DNA of 61,595 nucleotides, counting the filler. It is 4 parts of 4 records of this genome, joined end to end, with 100 filler letters (N's around TTAATTAATTAA, not from the genome) between each part and the next. Parts side by side here need not be neighbours in the genome. Positions count along the whole stretch, not along the records: positions 50,247 to 61,595 come from SRR31156797_5533; 3 more parts are not named here. One strand, 5' to 3'. Position numbers and translations under genes: made by a program. A model generated the notes under the pieces. The model was not told the DNA's origin. It saw only the letters and a list, made by a program, of their open reading frames with translations, and did no database searches. Each line of letters opens with the position of its first letter. The stretch's first letter is position 1. Below, piece after piece: positions 55,195 through 61,595 of the stretch.

Positions 55195-57945
55195 ATGCTG
55201 AGAAAAATTTTGACCTCTTTTTTCATTTTTTTGCTTTTGGCAATCATTGTTTTAGGCTATTTATATCTTCAAAAACAAAAAGAATACAAAGGAATTGATC
55301 CCTTCTCGGCAATACCGGTAAACTCAGAATTAATCATTCAATTTGAGAGTTTGGAAAAACTCATTACCAAATTAGAAAATAACACTGGTGCATGGAAAGA
55401 GCTTGGCAACTTCGAAAAAATAGCAAAAATCAATAACAACCTTCAGTTTATTGATAGTTTGGTTAGCAATTTTGATTCAGATTATTCTTTTTCATTAGAT
55501 CGCAGTTTTACCATGGCTAGTCATTTGCAAGGTAAAAATGATATTGAATATCTCTACATCTTGCCAATTAATGACTACCTGGAAGAAAAGAAAATTCAAA
55601 GCTCTGTTAGCAATTGGATCGGTCCGGATTTACAGTTAAGAGAACGACATTACCAAAATACAACTCTTTATACCATTCCGAACTCTTCCAAAAAAGGTGA
55701 AGAATTGCACTTTTCATTCTCAAATGGCTTATTTATTGGAAGTCGATCCATGTTATTATTGGAAAACTCGATTCGACAATTGAGTACCGAAAATTCTATT
55801 TCCAAATCGAAAGGATTTGAACAAATCAGAAGAACAATTGGTAAAAATGTTGATGCCAATATATTCTTAAATTTAAAGACTTTCCCAAAACAGATCTCAT
55901 TTTCATTAGATAAAAGTCACAGTAAATTTATCCGCAACTACACCAATTTAGCAAACTGGACAGAGCTTGATCTTAGCTTTAGAAACCGAATTATTTTACT
56001 GAATGGCTTTACTTATAGTGATCCTCAACAAGGGAATCTGATGAATCTATTTTTGCAGCAAGAACCTGTTAAAATGGAAATGGAATCCATTCTTCCTTCA
56101 GAGACTGGTATTTTGGCAGTATTGGGTATTGCAGATCCTTTAATGCACAAGGGAAAATATCGAAAGTTCTTGGATCAAATGGGGAAACTATCCGACTATC
56201 AAAAGGATATCAATGATTTAAAAAAGAAAACAGGAGAAGATTTTGAAGAAATCATATTCTCAATTATCCATAAAGAAATTGGTTTAGCATTTGCTGAAGG
56301 TAATTCTGATAAAAGATTCACCGTAATAAGAACCAAAAGTGCAAGTATTGCCAAAGAGAAAATGCTGAAGCCTGTTTTGGGATACGCTAAAAAGCAACAA
56401 CGCACTTTGGCATATTACAAAAGAACCTATAAACTAGATTCAGAAACTTCATTCGATATCTACAGATTACCGGATGATCGTTTGCCAGAAAAGCTCTTTG
56501 GAAGCTTTTTTACGGATGCCTCATCGGCTTATTTTACCTTTATCGACAACTATTTGGTTATGGGACCGAATATCAACTCCTTATCGGAGTTCATTAAAGA
56601 ATCAGTTCTAGGAAAAACCCTTGATAGCAATCAGAGTTATCAGGAAAATAAAGAGTTTCTTTCCAATAAAGCCAACTTCTTCTTTTATACGGCAACACCA
56701 AAAGCAAATCGATTTATATCAAGCTTTTTAAATGAAGAATTGCAAAAAGAAATTAAAAATCATAAGGAAAGTGTAAACAAATTTCAGGCAATTGGCTTGC
56801 AATTGAGTTCGAACCGAAACTTAATTTACAACAACTTGTTTATCGAGTACGATCCGGTTTTGGAAGCTGCCCCACAAACCGATTGGGAATCCAGATTAGA
56901 TACTTGTTTCAAGCACAAACCCTATTTGGTAAGAAATCATTACACCAAGGAGAATGAAATTCTGATTCAGGATATCAACAATCAATTGTGCCTTTTGAAT
57001 CCAGCAGGTAGAATGCTATGGAAAAAACCATTGGATTCTAAAATCATTGGAGAAATTCAGCAAGTTGATTACTTCAAAAATAACAAATTGCAATATCTGT
57101 TTGCAACCAAAAAGCATTTGCATTTGATTGATAGAAATGGCAACAACGTAAAGAATTATCCAATTCGATTAAAATCGGATGCGGTAAGAGGAGTTTCCAT
57201 ATTCGATTACGATAAAAATCGCAATTATCGATTCTTTATTCCTTGCAAGGATCAAAAAGCATACGCTTACACTAAAGAAGGAAAAATACTTACCGGATGG
57301 AATCCTGCGAAGGCTGAAAACCAAATTACAAGCCAAATTCAGCATTTCAGAGTCAACAACAAAGATTACATTGTTTATGCCGATAAATACCGAGTATACA
57401 TTTTAAATCGACGTGGTGCAGAACGAGTAAAACTCAAGAAGCAATTCTCAAAATCAGAGAAGAATCCTTTCTTCCTGGAAAAAACGAATAGCCGTTTGGT
57501 TACAACTGATACCAATGGTACCATTCACTATATTTATTTTACAGGAAAAGTGGAAAGCAAAACATTTACCGAATTATCGGAAGCACACTTTTTTACTGCT
57601 GCCGACTTGAATTCTGATGGTAAAAATGAATACCTGTTTGCAGATTATAATTTCCTCAAGGTTTTTGATGCTTCTGGAAAAACAAAACTCGAGAAAAAAT
57701 TCGACTCTGGTATCAGCTATGCTCCTCATGTTTACAGGTTCTCCAGAAGGAATATCGAGATTGGAATATGTGTTGAAAATGAGAATAAAATTTACTTGCT
57801 TGATACCAATGGTAACAATCACAGTGGATTTCCTCTGAAAGGCAACACAGAATTTTCCATTGGCTTTGCCAAATCGGGTGATAAATCTTTTAACCTATAC
57901 GTAGGAGATAATCGTAACTTCTTGTTAAACTACTCCGTACACTAG
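55195..57945 (+). CDS. Large membrane-anchored conserved hypothetical protein (DUF3352-like N-part, beta-propeller-like C-part)
   Basis: N-terminal TM helix; C-terminal DYFKNNKLQY, DYDKNRNY, DLNSDGKNE and GFP blade-like motifs. Confidence 0.65.
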   Translation: MLRKILTSFFIFLLLAIIVLGYLYLQKQKEYKGIDPFSAIPVNSELIIQFESLEKLITKLENNTGAWKELGNFEKIAKINNNLQFIDSLVSNFDSDYSFSLDRSFTMASHLQGKNDIEYLYILPINDYLEEKKIQSSVSNWIGPDLQLRERHYQNTTLYTIPNSSKKGEELHFSFSNGLFIGSRSMLLLENSIRQLSTENSISKSKGFEQIRRTIGKNVDANIFLNLKTFPKQISFSLDKSHSKFIRNYTNLANWTELDLSFRNRIILLNGFTYSDPQQGNLMNLFLQQEPVKMEMESILPSETGILAVLGIADPLMHKGKYRKFLDQMGKLSDYQKDINDLKKKTGEDFEEIIFSIIHKEIGLAFAEGNSDKRFTVIRTKSASIAKEKMLKPVLGYAKKQQRTLAYYKRTYKLDSETSFDIYRLPDDRLPEKLFGSFFTDASSAYFTFIDNYLVMGPNINSLSEFIKESVLGKTLDSNQSYQENKEFLSNKANFFFYTATPKANRFISSFLNEELQKEIKNHKESVNKFQAIGLQLSSNRNLIYNNLFIEYDPVLEAAPQTDWESRLDTCFKHKPYLVRNHYTKENEILIQDINNQLCLLNPAGRMLWKKPLDSKIIGEIQQVDYFKNNKLQYLFATKKHLHLIDRNGNNVKNYPIRLKSDAVRGVSIFDYDKNRNYRFFIPCKDQKAYAYTKEGKILTGWNPAKAENQITSQIQHFRVNNKDYIVYADKYRVYILNRRGAERVKLKKQFSKSEKNPFFLEKTNSRLVTTDTNGTIHYIYFTGKVESKTFTELSEAHFFTAADLNSDGKNEYLFADYNFLKVFDASGKTKLEKKFDSGISYAPHVYRFSRRNIEIGICVENENKIYLLDTNGNNHSGFPLKGNTEFSIGFAKSGDKSFNLYVGDNRNFLLNYSVH

Positions 57946-58103
57946 CCGTTCATCAGCAATAAGATTTTATTCACGTAATCAATTAAGTTGTTTACATGAT
58001 TTCGTATTTTTGTTGAGGCAAACTAAAAATCTAATCAAATACATTAGGGTTGCACATGCGTTAAGCGGTATTAATTTACGTATGTCAATTAAATAAAACT
58101 ACT

Positions 58104-59741
58104 ATGATATCTAAATTTCGATTTCTCATTCCGGTACTAATTTCCGGTATTTTAGCCGTAACAATGCAATCATGTTTCGATTCAGATGATTACGACATGG
58201 ATAAATTATCTGATAAGGTAGATTGGACTCCAAATATGATCGTTCCCGTTAGTTACGGAACCTATTCTCTTTGGTATTTATTAAACGAACATGAAACTGA
58301 TCCTGCTGATCAAACCATCTTTTTAGAAAATGGTTTTCTTCACATCAAATATCGCGAAAATGACATTTTCACTTACGATGCAGGTTCCGTATTAACATTT
58401 CCTGATCAGCTTACAGAAAGCTATTCAATGCCCCTTCCTCCGGTAGGTTTCGCTGGTCCAATACCTATTCCACCTCAATCTGATGTATATGGAGTACAAA
58501 CAGGTCAAGCTGGCATTACCTTATCTCAATTAGAAATTGATGGAAATCTACAATTGACTTTTAGCAATCCGCTAAATGCAGATATCTCTCTTGATGTGAC
58601 TATTCCTGGTGGAACAATCGGAGGTGCACCTGCAACAGATAACTTTACAATTCCAGCAAACAATCCAAACCATGTTGAGAACTTCGATTTAACTGATTTA
58701 AATCTAACTTTTAACACACCATACACAACTGCAAACGAAATTACCATTGAATTTTCTGGATCAATTTTAGACAATGGTGGAACCATTTCAGGTATAGGTA
58801 GCTTAGGAATTCAATATCAGGTTCAGAATATCAATTTCGATATGGCTTATGGTGATTTTGGTAAACAAATGATAGACATAGGAACGGGTAATATAGATAT
58901 GGATGTTGATTTTTGGGATGATATTGAAGGCGAATATGAATTTGCTGATCCAAGAATTTACTTGTACATGCGCAATTCGGTTGGTGTACCTTTTGAGATT
59001 AATGCCAATATGACTGGTTATAGTACAGATGGCAATTCGGCATCTCTAAATCCAGATCCTTTGCAACCCAATTATCCAAGAAATTTATCCGAAGTTACCA
59101 ACGGAATATCAGAAACAGTTGTTTACGACAGAAACAACTCACAAATCACTCAAGTGATGGCTTTGCCACCTTCTGATCGATTAGATTATTCAGGTCAGGT
59201 TGATTTAAATCCAAATCCCGTAGATATTAATTCACAACCGAACATTCTTAGCAGCAATTCTAGAATTGATGTAGATCTGGAAATTGATGTTCCTCTTGAT
59301 TTCTCGGCAACTAATTTAATGTTGCGCGATACCATTGATGATATGGACATTGACGATGCAGAAAAAATAATGAATGCAGCCATCGTTATTACAGCCGAAA
59401 ATGGTTACCCATTAGATGTTCAAATTGATAGAGTATACATGACCGATGAACTTTATAATGTTATTGATTCTATTGTGGATAGTGAAATAATAGATGCTGC
59501 AGGAGTCTATCCAACAGGACATCCATCCGAAGGAGAAGTTGATCCAAGTACAATTGTTGAAGTAACTCATGAAATTAAATTGACTCAGACTCAAATTGAA
59601 CACTTAAACGAAACTGAGAACCTGATAATTAATGCAAGTGTTAAAACTTCCGGAACAGGAACTGAAGCTGTAAAATTAAAAGGTGATTACGAACTTAAAT
59701 TTGCAATAGCAGTTCAAGCCCAAATCGACTTAAATAACTAG
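58104..59741 (+). CDS. Acidic beta-rich lipoprotein, hypothetical
   Basis: TMQSC lipobox; TATTTTTG promoter element at 58005-58012; 19 nt upstream of the DUF5723 gene. Confidence 0.7.
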   Translation: MISKFRFLIPVLISGILAVTMQSCFDSDDYDMDKLSDKVDWTPNMIVPVSYGTYSLWYLLNEHETDPADQTIFLENGFLHIKYRENDIFTYDAGSVLTFPDQLTESYSMPLPPVGFAGPIPIPPQSDVYGVQTGQAGITLSQLEIDGNLQLTFSNPLNADISLDVTIPGGTIGGAPATDNFTIPANNPNHVENFDLTDLNLTFNTPYTTANEITIEFSGSILDNGGTISGIGSLGIQYQVQNINFDMAYGDFGKQMIDIGTGNIDMDVDFWDDIEGEYEFADPRIYLYMRNSVGVPFEINANMTGYSTDGNSASLNPDPLQPNYPRNLSEVTNGISETVVYDRNNSQITQVMALPPSDRLDYSGQVDLNPNPVDINSQPNILSSNSRIDVDLEIDVPLDFSATNLMLRDTIDDMDIDDAEKIMNAAIVITAENGYPLDVQIDRVYMTDELYNVIDSIVDSEIIDAAGVYPTGHPSEGEVDPSTIVEVTHEIKLTQTQIEHLNETENLIINASVKTSGTGTEAVKLKGDYELKFAIAVQAQIDLNN

Positions 59742-59760
59742 AAGACACATTCACCCCACT

Positions 59761-61233
59761 ATGACTAAACTATTTAATAAAATTTCTCTTACAGGGATTC
59801 TGATTGTTTTTCTGATTGCAAATGCCACGGCTCAGAAATTAAACAACACGTTGTATTTAATGCAAAATGTGCCACAATCCAATCAGTTAAACCCTGCTAT
59901 TCAACCAGAATGTAAAGTGTTTGTAGGTTTTCCTGCCCTCAGTTCTATTTATGTGAATTATGGCAATACCGCTTTCGCTTACGATGATATTATTACCGAT
60001 GGAACAGGGATTCGTTCCGATTCGTTGGTGGTAAATGTGAATAGCTTTCACGATGCCTTAAAAACAACCAATTATGTATCTCAACAACTTGAAATAACTC
60101 TTTTTGCTTTAGGAATTCGTGCGAAAGATTATTATTTCACTCTGGATGTAATTGAAAAGGAAGATTCAAGATTTAGCTTCGACAAAGAAATGATTACCTT
60201 CCTGAAAGATGGTAACTACGATTATCGAGGTAGAACTTCGAATTGGGGAGGACTTGGTATTGATGCCAACTATTATCACGAAATTGCGCTTGGAGCATCT
60301 AAAAAGATCAACGATAAATGGACCGTTGGTATTAAGGGGAAAGTATTGTTTGGTGTTGCAAATGTGCACATGGAAGAATCAGATATGTCAATATTCACCT
60401 CAGCTTCGGGAGATCAAATTGTTCTGAACTCAAAACACAGACTTAGAGCCTCTTTACCCATCAATCAAATTGGTTACGATGCAGATGGATATGTAGATGA
60501 TATCAACTTTGATGGTGATGATTTCGATCAGGATTTCTTTTTAAACACAGACAATAAAGGATTTGCTGTTGATTTGGGTATGACCTATCAAATGGATGAA
60601 AAAACAACTCTTTATGCAAGTATTTTAGATATTGGTTCAATCAATTGGAAATCGAATGGATACGAGTTTGTTCAGGATGGTACTTTTACTTATAACGGTG
60701 CCGATTGGTCACAATCTGGAAATTCAAATGATCCAAATTATGAAGAGATTGAAGATGTTTTTGAAGATCTTTCGGATGATATTGCTGACGAATTTCGTGC
60801 TACTGATTTGGTAGGATCTTATTCTGTTGCCTTACCAACTAAAATCTATTTGGGAGGAACGCATCAAATTGGGAAGAGAGTTAATTTAGGAGCATTAAGT
60901 AGAACCGAAATTTTTAATGGCAAGGTTCAATCTTCTCTGTCTTTTTCAGCAAATGCACGCTTTTTTAAGAACCTAAGCACTAGTGCCAGTTACACCGTTG
61001 CCAATAATTCATATGCCAACCTTGGGCTTGGTATTGCGGCTAAAGCGGGTCCTTTGCAATTCTATGTGATTAGCGACAATGTAATGGCTGCAATTAGACC
61101 CAACAGCGCACAAATAGCAAACATTCGTTTTGGTTTCAACTTTTTATTTGGTTGCAAAAACAAAGTAATCAGTCGAAATTCCTGTTCTTTCGAAGATGAA
61201 TTAAAGAACAAAAAGAAACCCTTATACAAATAA
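59761..61233 (+). CDS. DUF5723-family outer-membrane protein
   Basis: PQSNQLNPA, YYHEIALG, GFAVDLG, ASILDIGSINW, LPTKIYLG, QFYVISDN, FGFNFLFG. Confidence 0.8.
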   Translation: MTKLFNKISLTGILIVFLIANATAQKLNNTLYLMQNVPQSNQLNPAIQPECKVFVGFPALSSIYVNYGNTAFAYDDIITDGTGIRSDSLVVNVNSFHDALKTTNYVSQQLEITLFALGIRAKDYYFTLDVIEKEDSRFSFDKEMITFLKDGNYDYRGRTSNWGGLGIDANYYHEIALGASKKINDKWTVGIKGKVLFGVANVHMEESDMSIFTSASGDQIVLNSKHRLRASLPINQIGYDADGYVDDINFDGDDFDQDFFLNTDNKGFAVDLGMTYQMDEKTTLYASILDIGSINWKSNGYEFVQDGTFTYNGADWSQSGNSNDPNYEEIEDVFEDLSDDIADEFRATDLVGSYSVALPTKIYLGGTHQIGKRVNLGALSRTEIFNGKVQSSLSFSANARFFKNLSTSASYTVANNSYANLGLGIAAKAGPLQFYVISDNVMAAIRPNSAQIANIRFGFNFLFGCKNKVISRNSCSFEDELKNKKKPLYK

Positions 61234-61287
61234 AGCGTAACTACAATAAACTCCATGTTTTTGGAGTGTTTACATCAATTTAAATTC

Positions 61288-61319
61288 AGGGCTACCTATT
61301 GCAGGTAGTCCTTTTTTTT
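61288..61319 (+). terminator. Intrinsic terminator
   Basis: agggctacct attgc aggtagtcct ttttttt. Confidence 0.8.
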
Positions 61320-61356
61320 ATTTACCTCACCCTTTAGTCTACCAACAGTTTGTTCC

Positions 61357-61450
61357 GTTTCCCTAAAAGGGAAACACTCTACTTTAACCCCAGAGACTTT
61401 TACATCAAGATTTGTACTTTGCAATTGCAATTTTTCCCTCCCAGGGAAAA
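61357..61450. promoter_or_regulatory. Two copies of the palindrome TTTCCCT-N3-AGGGAAA (putative operator pair)
   Basis: 61358-61374 and 61433-61449; TACATTTG -7 element downstream at 61541-61548. Confidence 0.55.
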
Positions 61451-61595
61451 TGCCAACAGGCAAAAGGGTGAAAAAGAAAATATAAACCCACTTTTAAGCT
61501 TCATTAACTTTTGTTCAAAGCATTTAGCACAAATACCTCCTACATTTGTTACATACAAAACAGAGATGTTTTTTCATAGATTAGATTTAGGTTAG

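Noticed and set aside
1-61595. CRISPR array or cas genes
   Set aside because: No 23-47 bp repeats with unique spacers and no Cas-like ORFs seen; the repeats found are 7-13 bp tandem units or a two-copy promoter.

Overview
This window is not one replicon. It is four contigs joined by 100-nt artificial linkers (N-run, TTAATTAATTAA, N-run) at 27866-27965, 38510-38609 and 50147-50246. Segment A (1-27865) is Bacteroidota chromosome: tatC, folA/thyA, deoC, a long KamA-like radical SAM enzyme, T9SS cargo proteins, C1 and C25 peptidases, and an orphan antitoxin next to a decayed RelE/ParE toxin. Segment B (27966-38509) is a Desulfobacterota-like PEP-CTERM/exopolysaccharide export locus, followed by queH, yggS and maf and ending inside a tRNA-Leu. 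Segment C (38610-50146) is the most interesting part. It is a T7-like (Autographiviridae-type) transcription/replication module: RNA polymerase, SSB, endonuclease I, BRO-N protein, primase-helicase, DNA polymerase A and DUF5664. It begins just downstream of a tRNA 3' end and its terminator, consistent with an att junction of a temperate T7-like phage. A T3/T7-like promoter motif (TCCCTCACT core) lies on both sides of the RNA polymerase gene, implying an autogene loop, and a GATC-headed 13-mer array sits in the RNAP leader. The far end carries a group II intron 3' remnant and an AT-rich membrane-anchored gene in the opposite orientation. Segment D (50247-61595) is a second, more AT-rich Bacteroidota contig: AbgT transporter, DHOD-like flavoprotein, ALDH7-type dehydrogenase and a lipoprotein/DUF5723 pair. 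All family calls come from motif recognition by eye; no database searches were run.
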